The position numbers and the translations under genes were made by a program. Below the pieces are notes generated by a model, which saw only the letters and a program-made list of their open reading frames with translations, did not search any database and was not told the DNA's origin. Positions 45,567-55,759 of a stretch of 64,000 nt of DNA are shown here, in pieces (within the stretch, counting starts at the first letter, position 1; each line of letters opens with the position of its first letter). The stretch lies in sequence record PP968062.1; one strand, 5' to 3'. The stretch is from Pseudomonas phage HPP-Temi.

Positions 45567-48293
45567 TTAGCGGAAGTCAGATGTATCTTCTTCTTCCTCT
45601 TCATCCTTTTCAGCAGCCGCCATCGGATCTTCAAGACCTTCAGGGTTAGGCTTATCTTCAGGATTGACGTCTTCAGAAGGACTATCACTAAAATCCATGT
45701 CGTCTTCTGGGGTATCGGTAGGTGTATCACCAGTGCCGCCATCAACACCCAGATCGGTTTGATCGTCAGGCATATCGGAGAACGAGTCATCTTGTCCACC
45801 GGTATCAGAACTATCGTCACCACCTGCGTTCCAATCACCGCCACCTCCACCACCCATGTCGTCAGCACCTTCAATGGTGGACTTATATTTGGCTTCGAGG
45901 CGTTTCTTGGATTCTTGTTGATGCTTAGCGTAACTAAGGATTGCAGAACCCACAGTTTCCTGTTGTACGTTCAGCCAGTCAAGCAGGCTGAACGCAGGCT
46001 TATCCCCATCCATCTCTGTAAGGACGTTAAGTTCCGGAAGGATATTGTGGGTAGCCATGAACTTACGTTTAAACAGGGCTTTAAGCTGAACCATCACTTG
46101 GTCAGACAGACCGGGAATAGAAGTGAACTCATCAGGGAAGAGCTCGCTAGTGATGTAGTTTTCGAGACCCATAGTCAGCAGTCGATCGTAAGCATCCATC
46201 GATTCAGCTTGACGTTCATGTTGAGTGTTGTCCGGTGCAGGCAGGGATACTTCAATTGCCGTAATGAACTCATCAACTACTTCTTCTACAGTTAGCGGTT
46301 TAAGCTCAGGAGAAGTGAGCATGTCAACATTGTCTTGAACGATCTTGTACATTTGGTTACGCAGGATAGAGCTGTGCGTTACAAACGACTTAACGAACTT
46401 AGATAGGTGTTGGCAGAACGCCTTTTGTTTCTCTTTAACACGACGGGACATTACCAGGTCGTTTTGCACAACAGAGGTAGCGAAGTCAGGAGAAGACATC
46501 GGGTCCACTTTCTCCGGAGGAACGCCCATACCGGAAATGTGCATACGGCGCAGGCGATCCTGAAGATCAGGGTTACCAGCGTTGACGTTAGTATTGTAGT
46601 CGTCGTATTGTACTTTGGTCTCTGCGTAGTCAGCACCGTTAGTGTTGATCTCAAAGTCAAAGCCCGAACGAATCAGGTGATCCATTGCCTGAGTGGGGTC
46701 AGGTGCAGCCAGAGGGAAACTCCGGTGAGCGGATTCCATGATGTTCGATTGAATGTTACTGATCGTTTGTTCCGGGTCAGTATCATCCGGGTCTAGAGTA
46801 ATGCTAACACGTTTACGACCTACTGCGTTACGCATACCACCAATAGCTTCTGCCATCAACAGAGTAGAACGCATGGTTGCGATTACTTTCGAACGAGACA
46901 GCAGGGTTTCACCAATACCGTTTTCGTTATAGTCGAATGCAATATAAACCAGAAGCTCGGCTGGAATGAATACCAGTTGGGTGTGTTTAGCTTTCCAGGA
47001 GCGGTACAACATGATCCGTTGGATTTCTTCAGTCAGACCGATTTCAATCTCTTGGTCATACATGCCGTTACGTAGACGGTTATTTAGATCGTTTACGATA
47101 ATGGCGTTATATGTTTGTTGGATCTCATCCACTTCGAAGTCTTGCTTAGAAGTGTTAGCACCCATTGCTTCCCGAGTAAGACGAAGAACCTCAGAACTGT
47201 TGTCGTTGTTCTTACCACCTTTCCATCCCGATTGGAGTTCGCCGTAGAAGTCACGTGTCGAATCCTTAGAGAGAGGGTAGCCATGTTGGTCGACTAGGAG
47301 GAAATAACCGATGTGTTCATGAGGTCGCCCTTGAATGAATACCGGAACAATAGACTCCATTGGCAAAGGCAGAGTCAGCGGATGACCTACCGATGGACGG
47401 TTCATGTACTTAGGCGAAGTAATTACCTGAGTGTGTTCAGTACCACCCAGACGATTTTGATACAGTTGTTCAATCTCTGCGTTACCGAACTTGTGGACAG
47501 CATTCTCCATAGAGATCTGATTACCACGAAGCTTACGAGCAATGTTCATTTCACGAACACGCTGAGACATAGACGGGACTTTGAGGATATTGAAATTGTC
47601 GGTTACAGTGAGTAGCTTGTCACCGCGAATACGGTTAACAGAAGCATTATCATGGTAACCTTCCAGAGAGATATTGTTCTTCTCAGGATGACCTAAGAAA
47701 CCAAGGTTTTCAGTCGTGGTGTTTTGGACACGATCTCTAATAGAAGAAAAGGTTTCCATCGACACCTGACGACGACCATTGATAAGGTTATCTAGAACGT
47801 TCTCTGGGAGAACTGCAAGAATCGAAGCCCCTTTACGGAACAAGCAATCCCGAAGGATCAGGTCCAGGCGGTCGTTAATCTTATAGTCTCGTTTAAAGTA
47901 CGTTTCAACTGGCTCTAACAATAGCTTAGAAATTTCACTATCAAAGATAGCTGGGTCGATAGCAAATGTAAGGTCCGTATCCGAAAGTGCTTTAGGATCG
48001 ATGATACTACCGACATATACAGTTTCTACCAGCTCTAAGTCTGGCAGCAATTGCATAATAGAGTCGGAGTCAACGATCTCTTGCAAAGTATCACGCGACA
48101 CCTTATCTAATGTGAAACGGTTTACGTTCACACGAGGCTTAGCTGCTTCGCTGCCAATTGCGTTCGGGTCCTTACGCAACAGGTTGAGGAGGGCGTTAGT
48201 CGGAGTTGCTTTCGATCCTAGTCGGAGCGTTTGCAACTTTGGGTACGCTACCTCATTCGTTTGTCGAGCCATTTGAAGCTCCTCGTTTAACAA
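45567..48293 (-). CDS. large virion protein with acidic Gly/Asp-rich C-terminal tail (portal protein candidate)
   Basis: 908 aa; C-terminal ~110 aa are GGGGGGDWNAGGDDSSDTGG...EEEEEDTSDFR; size matches the portal class of phiKZ-like phages; no sequence-level confirmation. Confidence 0.5.
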   Translation of the reverse strand: MLNEELQMARQTNEVAYPKLQTLRLGSKATPTNALLNLLRKDPNAIGSEAAKPRVNVNRFTLDKVSRDTLQEIVDSDSIMQLLPDLELVETVYVGSIIDPKALSDTDLTFAIDPAIFDSEISKLLLEPVETYFKRDYKINDRLDLILRDCLFRKGASILAVLPENVLDNLINGRRQVSMETFSSIRDRVQNTTTENLGFLGHPEKNNISLEGYHDNASVNRIRGDKLLTVTDNFNILKVPSMSQRVREMNIARKLRGNQISMENAVHKFGNAEIEQLYQNRLGGTEHTQVITSPKYMNRPSVGHPLTLPLPMESIVPVFIQGRPHEHIGYFLLVDQHGYPLSKDSTRDFYGELQSGWKGGKNNDNSSEVLRLTREAMGANTSKQDFEVDEIQQTYNAIIVNDLNNRLRNGMYDQEIEIGLTEEIQRIMLYRSWKAKHTQLVFIPAELLVYIAFDYNENGIGETLLSRSKVIATMRSTLLMAEAIGGMRNAVGRKRVSITLDPDDTDPEQTISNIQSNIMESAHRSFPLAAPDPTQAMDHLIRSGFDFEINTNGADYAETKVQYDDYNTNVNAGNPDLQDRLRRMHISGMGVPPEKVDPMSSPDFATSVVQNDLVMSRRVKEKQKAFCQHLSKFVKSFVTHSSILRNQMYKIVQDNVDMLTSPELKPLTVEEVVDEFITAIEVSLPAPDNTQHERQAESMDAYDRLLTMGLENYITSELFPDEFTSIPGLSDQVMVQLKALFKRKFMATHNILPELNVLTEMDGDKPAFSLLDWLNVQQETVGSAILSYAKHQQESKKRLEAKYKSTIEGADDMGGGGGGDWNAGGDDSSDTGGQDDSFSDMPDDQTDLGVDGGTGDTPTDTPEDDMDFSDSPSEDVNPEDKPNPEGLEDPMAAAEKDEEEEEDTSDFR

Positions 48294-48307
48294 GTGAGTA
48301 AATTACC

Positions 48308-50476
48308 ATGAGTAGCATGTATTTTGGAGTTTACCGTGACGATGTCATGCGACTAGCAAGGTCGGTGATTATCAAGTTTTCTGAAATCGCGAATCAGATT
48401 AATTCCCGGCTTAAAGAAGTCGGTCACGAAGCTGATCCAGCACGACCGGAAACTTGGAAATATTACAAGAACCTTGCTGGTGAATATCATGAAACAGATG
48501 TCATGATGACCGTGCGTTCCGCGGATACTCTTGAAATAATCGATTTCACAAAAGAAAATCTGGCGCTTCACCGCGCTACTGCGCGAGAGTATATTCCGGG
48601 TAGCGTTCTGTATAACAGTCTCGTAAGACAGTTCCCAGAACAGGCCGGTTTGATCACCGGAATCCTATATCCAATTGACATCCAAACGGCAATAGATTCA
48701 AATGATGGGGATATTTTGTACTTTGATCCGAAGTATGTGGAGGATAACGAATACTCGTTCTTCCATCAACTACAATCGTGGGTCAACGTATTTATCACCC
48801 GGTGGTATAACGCTCAGTTTAACTTGACTGACGATCTATACCTTGCAAACTTCCTTGGGCACCTTTATACAAGGTTGCCTGTAGCGATTATGTTGATTCG
48901 TCTACGTAATGCCAAGACTAATGAAGCACACAGTTATCACGTAACCGAGTATCTCGCCTCGCACCAAGGCTTGGATGAATTCATTCCTTATCTCTCTCTG
49001 GAGCAACGCTTGTGGCTCTACCGGAACATTGCCTTCCTGGAACGTAACGCCGGTAAGAAAGAGATTTGGCAACGGCTGGTTAAGAATATTCTGACTCCCC
49101 GCGGTATTCCGCTTATTAGCTTCACCATTGAGCAGAACAGTTCCAAGATGCCTGAACAACATCGACCATCCGTGGACATGGTTAAGCACGACGTTAACTT
49201 CCCGATCGTTCAAGAAGGCCAAGAGACCACTACGGTAGCTGACGTACTGGAACGTGAAGACGATCTAGCCCGTGAGAACCCGTTAGTACGCTTTGATGCT
49301 GAACAAGAGATCACTGATAAGATGGGCTCTGATCAGTACAGTTGGCTTCGTACTAAAGTGCTGGACTCTGAGGTCATTGACCGTTCGAATAGTTCTGTAC
49401 GTTCTCTCATGAGCGTTCTACTTAATGAGTGGTTGCATCTGGCTTCTAGCGACAAATATCGTGCTTATGTTCAGATCCCTAACCCAAGGACCGGCGAGTT
49501 CATGACCATGACTGTAAAGGATGCGTTCATCGTAATGCTTTACACTTATGCCAAAGCTCGTGATATCCCAACGGATAACATTCCTAGTCTTGTGGCCTAT
49601 GAGGTTCTTCGTGACAAGCTTCCGACGTTTGCTGAACTACGTCCTGCTGTAGATAAACGGATCGTTAAAGATAAGTTGATCACAGCTGTACAGGATATGG
49701 TTACTCCGATGGGTAACTATATCTCTACCGAACAGTTCTACTTGGATTGCGTGCGGTTGCATAAGGAATACCTATTGCAATGGGAGATGTATTCGTTCCA
49801 AGAACACCCAGCTGGACGTTCCTATTGCGAGCAACTGGTTAAGTTCCATTACATGCACCGGATGTGTAAATTAGCTCCTCCGAATACTAAGTTCGAAGAC
49901 TACTTCAAGAAGGCGTCGTTTGATATTCTTAATCTGAATAAGACCGAAGCTGAACAAATGTGCATGGACTGTATCAACATTGCAACTGGTTCTAACTTGG
50001 TACGTGTGATTACTCTGGGTGAGGTTCAACGTGAGCTGCTTCGTCTGATGGGTCGTCTGTCCAGCTATCCGCTTCAGTATTTACGTAATGTTAGCTTCAC
50101 TGATTTCCATATCCTCGGTATGGTTGTGCCGCGCGTAGGCGATATCAGTGTAGACGCAGCCGGTAACTATATTTGTAACGTTGCTGTACAGAACGTTAAA
50201 GCTTATCGCACTCAGGCCGGACATACTTACCGCATTGTGGATGACTCGACATCACCGTATGTTGATTATGTTTATTCTCAGTACGACAAGTTCTGGATAA
50301 ATCCATTTGTAGAAGTACGTGATCTCAGTTATGCTAATGCTCACTACTATATCCCTGTTAACGGTGTAAACGTTTCGAACGTGGTTATCGAAACCATTGA
50401 CAATCCGAATACCACTGGTGATCTGGATAACTACAAGAACTCCACTGATCCAGCTTGGCCCAAACTTAAGGAGTAA
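48308..50476 (+). CDS. hypothetical protein (722 aa)
   Basis: long ORF, first of three co-directional translationally coupled genes. Confidence 0.65.
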   Translation: MSSMYFGVYRDDVMRLARSVIIKFSEIANQINSRLKEVGHEADPARPETWKYYKNLAGEYHETDVMMTVRSADTLEIIDFTKENLALHRATAREYIPGSVLYNSLVRQFPEQAGLITGILYPIDIQTAIDSNDGDILYFDPKYVEDNEYSFFHQLQSWVNVFITRWYNAQFNLTDDLYLANFLGHLYTRLPVAIMLIRLRNAKTNEAHSYHVTEYLASHQGLDEFIPYLSLEQRLWLYRNIAFLERNAGKKEIWQRLVKNILTPRGIPLISFTIEQNSSKMPEQHRPSVDMVKHDVNFPIVQEGQETTTVADVLEREDDLARENPLVRFDAEQEITDKMGSDQYSWLRTKVLDSEVIDRSNSSVRSLMSVLLNEWLHLASSDKYRAYVQIPNPRTGEFMTMTVKDAFIVMLYTYAKARDIPTDNIPSLVAYEVLRDKLPTFAELRPAVDKRIVKDKLITAVQDMVTPMGNYISTEQFYLDCVRLHKEYLLQWEMYSFQEHPAGRSYCEQLVKFHYMHRMCKLAPPNTKFEDYFKKASFDILNLNKTEAEQMCMDCINIATGSNLVRVITLGEVQRELLRLMGRLSSYPLQYLRNVSFTDFHILGMVVPRVGDISVDAAGNYICNVAVQNVKAYRTQAGHTYRIVDDSTSPYVDYVYSQYDKFWINPFVEVRDLSYANAHYYIPVNGVNVSNVVIETIDNPNTTGDLDNYKNSTDPAWPKLKE

Positions 50477-50478
50477 TC

Positions 50479-51357
50479 ATGTACATCACGAGAGACTACC
50501 TCCAGTCTACTCCTTGGACATCCATCATTGACATGATTAATGATGCTTGTTTTACCCAGCTGTTTCCGGGTAGTACCAAGCTTGAGAAGTTCGAACCTTT
50601 GAATGGGACCAAGACTCGTATTGTCATTAGTGTTAATCGCAGTGAGGCTCCCGGCAATCTGTTGCCGGAAGTCCCGCTCGATACTTATACGTACGATAGA
50701 CTGGATCTAACTACGTTCTTCCGTCAAACTCAAGTTCTGGATATTTCCGGGATTGATGTTCCATTCTCCTCGATGGATATCGTAGAGAAGCTATCGGAGT
50801 TGAACAACATTGTTTTTGATGTGGATGACTTCGAACACACTGAGTATAATGTCTTCAATCAAGAGTTCATTCTACGGGCTAACAAAGAGTCTCTACGTTT
50901 CGTGGGGTTCTTAAGAGTACGTCTTATCAATACAATCCGTGTTGATCTTTCTGTACAATCCAAGGTTGAATTCCCTACCGTAGGTAAACCAGACAACGTT
51001 ACTGCTGGTGACGTTACTCTAATCAATGGGACCTACTACATCACTGGTTATGACTTCTCTGCACATAGAGAATACCTACGTCATCAGACTAAGGCTGGTA
51101 CACATCCAGATCCTAAGAAGATGGCAGCTATTCTCGCTGAGGTGACGAAGAAGCCTTGGACTGCGGTAAAGACACCAGCTTCGCACAACATCGCTTATAC
51201 AGAAGAATTCGGGGTATTAAAGTATCGCGTCATTTATAACGGTGTCGTACTTCCACGCTTCACTAAGCGGACTGATATTCAAAACGTTCTAGTCATCGAA
51301 CTGCACAAGACTCTGTGTCAAGATGTGGTTGGTGAAATTCGTATTCACTATAACTAG
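50479..51357 (+). CDS. hypothetical protein
   Basis: 292-aa ORF, 2 nt after upstream stop. Confidence 0.6.
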   Translation: MYITRDYLQSTPWTSIIDMINDACFTQLFPGSTKLEKFEPLNGTKTRIVISVNRSEAPGNLLPEVPLDTYTYDRLDLTTFFRQTQVLDISGIDVPFSSMDIVEKLSELNNIVFDVDDFEHTEYNVFNQEFILRANKESLRFVGFLRVRLINTIRVDLSVQSKVEFPTVGKPDNVTAGDVTLINGTYYITGYDFSAHREYLRHQTKAGTHPDPKKMAAILAEVTKKPWTAVKTPASHNIAYTEEFGVLKYRVIYNGVVLPRFTKRTDIQNVLVIELHKTLCQDVVGEIRIHYN

Positions 51358-51359
51358 GA

Positions 51360-51794
51360 GTGATTATGCACGTATCAAACATGCGGGTTAAACTACTCCA
51401 GCAGTTTAGTCTACAGAACAAACTAGAACCCGCGATTCGACCTGAAGATGTTATCTGGACAAACATTGAAATCTGGTTAGAGAATGGTAATAACTCAAGA
51501 GCTACCATTCAAGCTCTGGCAAGTAGTAATCATTTCAAAGGACAGCGTACTATCAATTTCAATCGATACAGAATCGAAGAAGCATTGCGTGGCGTTGTTA
51601 TTCCCGGAAAACGTTCTGACTACTCGACTATCCACGATGTAGTTAAAGTACTGCGGGATAAGGTTACTGCACCAGTAGATACCGAAGAATTCCTTGATGG
51701 TCCTCTTGTTGGTAACACGGTTATTCTGAAGCCGACTATTCGCTCCATGGCGTACATTCCTACGTCGCAGATCGAACTAAGCTTCGCTGAATAA
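51360..51794 (+). CDS. hypothetical protein
   Basis: 144-aa ORF followed by an A-tract and a family hairpin. Confidence 0.55.
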   Translation: MIMHVSNMRVKLLQQFSLQNKLEPAIRPEDVIWTNIEIWLENGNNSRATIQALASSNHFKGQRTINFNRYRIEEALRGVVIPGKRSDYSTIHDVVKVLRDKVTAPVDTEEFLDGPLVGNTVILKPTIRSMAYIPTSQIELSFAE

Positions 51795-51815
51795 AAAAAA
51801 AAAATAAAAGCAGCT

Positions 51816-51842
51816 GCCCTCTCCCGAAGGAGAGGGCTTATG
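51816..51842. terminator. stem-loop GCCCTCTCC-CGAA-GGAGAGGGC + TTATGCCGTTA, preceded by A12 tract
   Basis: 22-nt stem-loop identical to the copy at 2231..2252; between convergent genes. Confidence 0.6.
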
Positions 51843-51871
51843 CCGTTATTGCCTTTGTTCAATGATAGTCT

Positions 51872-52573
51872 TTACACGAGCGCCACGAAAGTACCGTCTT
51901 TGAAACCGACCTTACACTTAGCTTCATCGTACCACACGTCCACACCCATACGAGCGAGACCTTCGATAACGTACTTGTCGTAGTTACCTTTACCGCGCAT
52001 CACCGACTTCAGTTGGCGGGTCAACATGGTGTGGTTTGTAGACATGAACATACCCGGAACATCCAAGTCTTTCACACGCAGGTTACGCGGCAGCAGAGAC
52101 TCCATGGTGATGTTCAGGAGTTCCATGCGACGCAGGTCTTCGCGGAGAGCGCGGACGTTGTACACCATGGCCAGGCGAATGTCACCGCCGTTGCGGAGAT
52201 GTTCTTCGGTCAGGTGAGGTAGAGTTGCAGTGGGATCGACCAGAAGAGCACGTTCACCGGTGGTGTGTACTACAGGATCGAGGTAGGGATTGTGAACAAC
52301 GTATTCGCCATTGACCCAGCGATACAGATCCAGCGTGGAGGTAACCTTATAAATCATTTCCGGATCACCGCGCAGGGGCAGGTCGTCTACGGACAGTACG
52401 TCGATGGTCATGCTCTCTCCTTTAGCTTTCTGAAGTACAACCGGTTCATCGGCGACGTCGATGATAGTATCGAAGAAATCCGGAGATTGTTCTTCGTCAC
52501 GCAGAGCATTGCCAAATAGCTGGCGATGGGACGGAACGAAGATGGATTTAACAGCGTCGATTACTTGGTTCAT
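51872..52573 (-). CDS. hypothetical protein
   Basis: 233-aa ORF. Confidence 0.6.
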   Translation of the reverse strand: MNQVIDAVKSIFVPSHRQLFGNALRDEEQSPDFFDTIIDVADEPVVLQKAKGESMTIDVLSVDDLPLRGDPEMIYKVTSTLDLYRWVNGEYVVHNPYLDPVVHTTGERALLVDPTATLPHLTEEHLRNGGDIRLAMVYNVRALREDLRRMELLNITMESLLPRNLRVKDLDVPGMFMSTNHTMLTRQLKSVMRGKGNYDKYVIEGLARMGVDVWYDEAKCKVGFKDGTFVALV

Positions 52574-52625
52574 TTTGCAATTTCCTTTTGATTAGGGGAG
52601 TTATATCACCTCTGTGATATAGGCT

Positions 52626-53165
52626 TTATTTATCTTTAAATACAGGGTTATCGAAATCGTCTTTATAGAGGATGTCGAAACCCACGATATCAGCCACGTG
52701 CTCACGCTCATTCAACTGGTAACGGAAACCAATAGTCAGAGGCAGGAGATCGTACAGGTCGTTCATATCACGTGCCAGGGGACCAGCCGAGGTAATATCC
52801 AGGATCAGTGCGTTTGAGACGTCGATGCCATTACCTTGTCGGATATGCCAGTTATCGAGAGTGGCACATACGCGATTAGCATCAACAACCAGTGCACGGA
52901 GGATCATGTTTTCTGGGGAAGACACTGCTACCTTCGGATGACCCAGTTCAATACCAGACAACAGGAGTTCATTCTTCTTAACGAAGGACGAGTTCTCCCA
53001 GAGGTACAGCTGGCTCAACGTTCGAGCATGTTCTACAACCGCTTCAACACGTCCTTTACCCAATTGAGCCATGTCACGACGAAGACCTTCAACCATGCGC
53101 TGGCGCATCTCTTCAAAAGAGATAGTTACACGAAACTTTGCACTCGGAAGTTTTTCGAATTTCAT
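52626..53165 (-). CDS. hypothetical protein
   Basis: 179-aa ORF. Confidence 0.55.
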   Translation of the reverse strand: MKFEKLPSAKFRVTISFEEMRQRMVEGLRRDMAQLGKGRVEAVVEHARTLSQLYLWENSSFVKKNELLLSGIELGHPKVAVSSPENMILRALVVDANRVCATLDNWHIRQGNGIDVSNALILDITSAGPLARDMNDLYDLLPLTIGFRYQLNEREHVADIVGFDILYKDDFDNPVFKDK

Positions 53166-53183
53166 TTCATTCTCCTAGAGGGA

Positions 53184-53208
53184 CATAAAGCCCCTCTAAT
53201 GAGGGGCT
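53184..53208. terminator. stem-loop CATAAAGCCCCTC-TAAT-GAGGGGCT
   Basis: hairpin family member between co-directional genes. Confidence 0.5.
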
Positions 53209-53213
53209 AATTA

Positions 53214-53624
53214 TCAATCGGACAATATATCGAACGTGATGATTTCTTTCAGGATACCATCTACGTTCTTAAGGCCACGGACACCCAGACGCATTGGGAT
53301 ACCATTTTTGATCATCGCGCGTATCCGATCATGGAACGGACCGAATGGACGGATATACACATTGAAGCCGATGAGTTTAGCCTTTTCGTGTACTGGATCA
53401 ATACCGATTACTAAAGCGGCACCGTTATTGCAATTAATAGACGTGGCTCGTTTGTAATCTGTTTCGGTGTTGCCTGTCAGTTTCGGATGTCCGTACTCAC
53501 AAGCAATAGTACCATCGCGTACAGCGTTACTGAACTTAGAGCTTTCGTAATCTGTACGCATGTATTCGGGGAGGCGATTCAAAGCGATGAACTCTGTACC
53601 TACTCCATTGTCAAATGACAGCAT
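53214..53624 (-). CDS. hypothetical protein
   Basis: 136-aa ORF. Confidence 0.55.
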   Translation of the reverse strand: MLSFDNGVGTEFIALNRLPEYMRTDYESSKFSNAVRDGTIACEYGHPKLTGNTETDYKRATSINCNNGAALVIGIDPVHEKAKLIGFNVYIRPFGPFHDRIRAMIKNGIPMRLGVRGLKNVDGILKEIITFDILSD

Positions 53625-53637
53625 GTACTGCTCCTCT

Positions 53638-53668
53638 AAAGAAGCCCCTCCGAAGAGGGGCCTTTATG
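53638..53668. terminator. stem-loop AAAGAAGCCCCTC-CGAA-GAGGGGCCTTTATG
   Basis: hairpin family member between co-directional genes. Confidence 0.55.
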
Positions 53669-53669
53669 T

Positions 53670-55736
53670 TTACTTCAGACGTTTCAGCAGAACAGCTTTC
53701 TCAGTCAGACGACCACGGATCACTTCCAGATAAACACCATCCAGAGTAATCAGACGCATGCGGACGTTTGCCAGACCATTTGCAGTTGCACGAGTGATCA
53801 TGCCTTTCAGTACTTCACGAACAGTCGGGTGGGTACCTTCAGATACCAGAACTGCTTTCTCGTTCAGGATGTTCAGAGTAGCCAGTTGTTCCAGAGTCCA
53901 ACCTACCTGGAAGTTGGTGAACTGGTCGGCTACGCCACGGGTGTTGTCTACTTCGGCCATAGTTACGGCACGGGAGATGATCTGCGCAGCACAAGCCTTC
54001 ACGATTTGCAGAATGTTGGAACCTTTCTTGGTGTTGATGTAATCCAGCAGCTCACCGATGTCATGAGCGAAGTCGTCGATGGTGATGTTCATCGACAGGC
54101 TATCGGCCAGGAAGTCATTGATGGACTTGGTCAGACGATCATTCAAGAAGCGGAAGTAACGAATACTCAGATGACCATTGGTTACCAGTTCTTTCAGTTC
54201 AGTTGCTACGCCGATCAGATCGGTATAGTTAACTAGCTGGCTCAGCTGGTCGAAGGTCTCATCGCTAACGTCCATGTGGTGAACGTTCATCGATTTGTAT
54301 TCATGAGCAGGAATCTCCACGCTCATGGATTCTTCGTCATCTTCGATACCCAGTAGTTCACGCATTGCTGCGCGTACTTCGGATTCGACTTCCAGATCAG
54401 TTGCACCCATGAACACTTGGTTGTCCAGAACTACCGGACGACTTGCTACGGCAGCAAGGCCACCATCTTGCACCAGGCTGGCCACTTCCTCACTAGCCAG
54501 TGCATTGCCACCAATAGTGGAGACGGGAGTTTGTGCAGCGTATACAACGCCGTTAGGACGATATTCACGACGACGCAGGTCATCGTTCAGTTCATGCTTC
54601 AGGTATTCCATTTGCGGGTTCCATTCAACGAATTTCTCTTTTACCACGCCATCCGGGAAACGGACGTAGAAGCGGCAGTAGTGTTCCGGATCAACCAGAG
54701 CACTGTACGGATCTTCGTCACCGACGGTACGTTCCCAATCAACCTGATGTGCCGGTTTGATCAGAACGCCACCGGGATTATGGATCTCATCATACGGACG
54801 GGCGATGTCTACACGGAAACCGGTGGGTTGGTAATACATCGGATCGATCATTACCTGACTGACATCGATCGGTGCCGGCAAATCGGTATCTTCAATTACA
54901 GCAGGTTGCCGCGCTTGAGTCTGGGGTTGTTGAGTGTACATCGGTTGTTGCTCCTGGTTATTGGAGTAGCCACCGTAGATATCAGTACTGACCTCTTCTT
55001 TCGGCATCAAAGGAGCCTGAGAAGGAGTATCATCGTAATACGAACTGGTGGTGCTCGACGTGGTGTTGTTTGTAGTGGTCTGATAGGTGCCAGCCGGCTG
55101 TGCGAACTGTGCCTGAGACGTGGTAGCGAACTGACCCATGTTACCCGGATTGATCGGAGGCAGGTTGCCTGCCATCTGGATACCATTGCCCTGTTGGTAC
55201 ATACCCATCTGCTGTTGTTGCTGCGGACGGTAGTTACCAGACTTGTACGCTTGGATGTCTTGCAGGATCTGCTGGTACATGCCTTGGGCAGTTTGCAGAC
55301 CTTGGAACATGTGCTGAGGAACAGCACCCATTTGTACTAGAGCCGGATAAGATGCTACGCACTGACCCAGGAAGGCTTCGTACATACGCTGAGCGCCCCT
55401 AGGCACTGCATCAGTTTGACTATAGTTCTTGCAGACGCACAGGAACTCGACGAAGTCAACGAGATGTTGACACCACTGCTGGAAGATCTGGTTTTGGAAC
55501 CAGTTCGAGGACAGCAGGTTGTAGGCAAAGATGTGGAGGTTACCTTTGCCAACCGACGATTGTGCAAGCCCACGGAACAGACCAACTGCCTGGAGTACCA
55601 GCTGTTGGTTATTCATCAGGTTCTGGCTAAGTTGGAGTTGAGGTACCCGATCATTACCAGCCGGCAGATTACCATTGAAGGTGCTCTGATCGACTTGTTG
55701 GCAGGAGACCGGGAGTTGAGCTTGTTGGTTGTACAT
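53670..55736 (-). CDS. hypothetical protein with N-terminal Q/N-rich low-complexity (prion-like) region
   Basis: 688 aa; residues ~130-260 are Gln/Asn/Tyr/Gly/Thr-rich (QQQQMGMYQQGNGIQMAGN...TTNNTTSSTTSSYYDD). Confidence 0.65.
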   Translation of the reverse strand: MYNQQAQLPVSCQQVDQSTFNGNLPAGNDRVPQLQLSQNLMNNQQLVLQAVGLFRGLAQSSVGKGNLHIFAYNLLSSNWFQNQIFQQWCQHLVDFVEFLCVCKNYSQTDAVPRGAQRMYEAFLGQCVASYPALVQMGAVPQHMFQGLQTAQGMYQQILQDIQAYKSGNYRPQQQQQMGMYQQGNGIQMAGNLPPINPGNMGQFATTSQAQFAQPAGTYQTTTNNTTSSTTSSYYDDTPSQAPLMPKEEVSTDIYGGYSNNQEQQPMYTQQPQTQARQPAVIEDTDLPAPIDVSQVMIDPMYYQPTGFRVDIARPYDEIHNPGGVLIKPAHQVDWERTVGDEDPYSALVDPEHYCRFYVRFPDGVVKEKFVEWNPQMEYLKHELNDDLRRREYRPNGVVYAAQTPVSTIGGNALASEEVASLVQDGGLAAVASRPVVLDNQVFMGATDLEVESEVRAAMRELLGIEDDEESMSVEIPAHEYKSMNVHHMDVSDETFDQLSQLVNYTDLIGVATELKELVTNGHLSIRYFRFLNDRLTKSINDFLADSLSMNITIDDFAHDIGELLDYINTKKGSNILQIVKACAAQIISRAVTMAEVDNTRGVADQFTNFQVGWTLEQLATLNILNEKAVLVSEGTHPTVREVLKGMITRATANGLANVRMRLITLDGVYLEVIRGRLTEKAVLLKRLK

Positions 55737-55759
55737 CTGACTTTTCCTATTTAAGAAGT

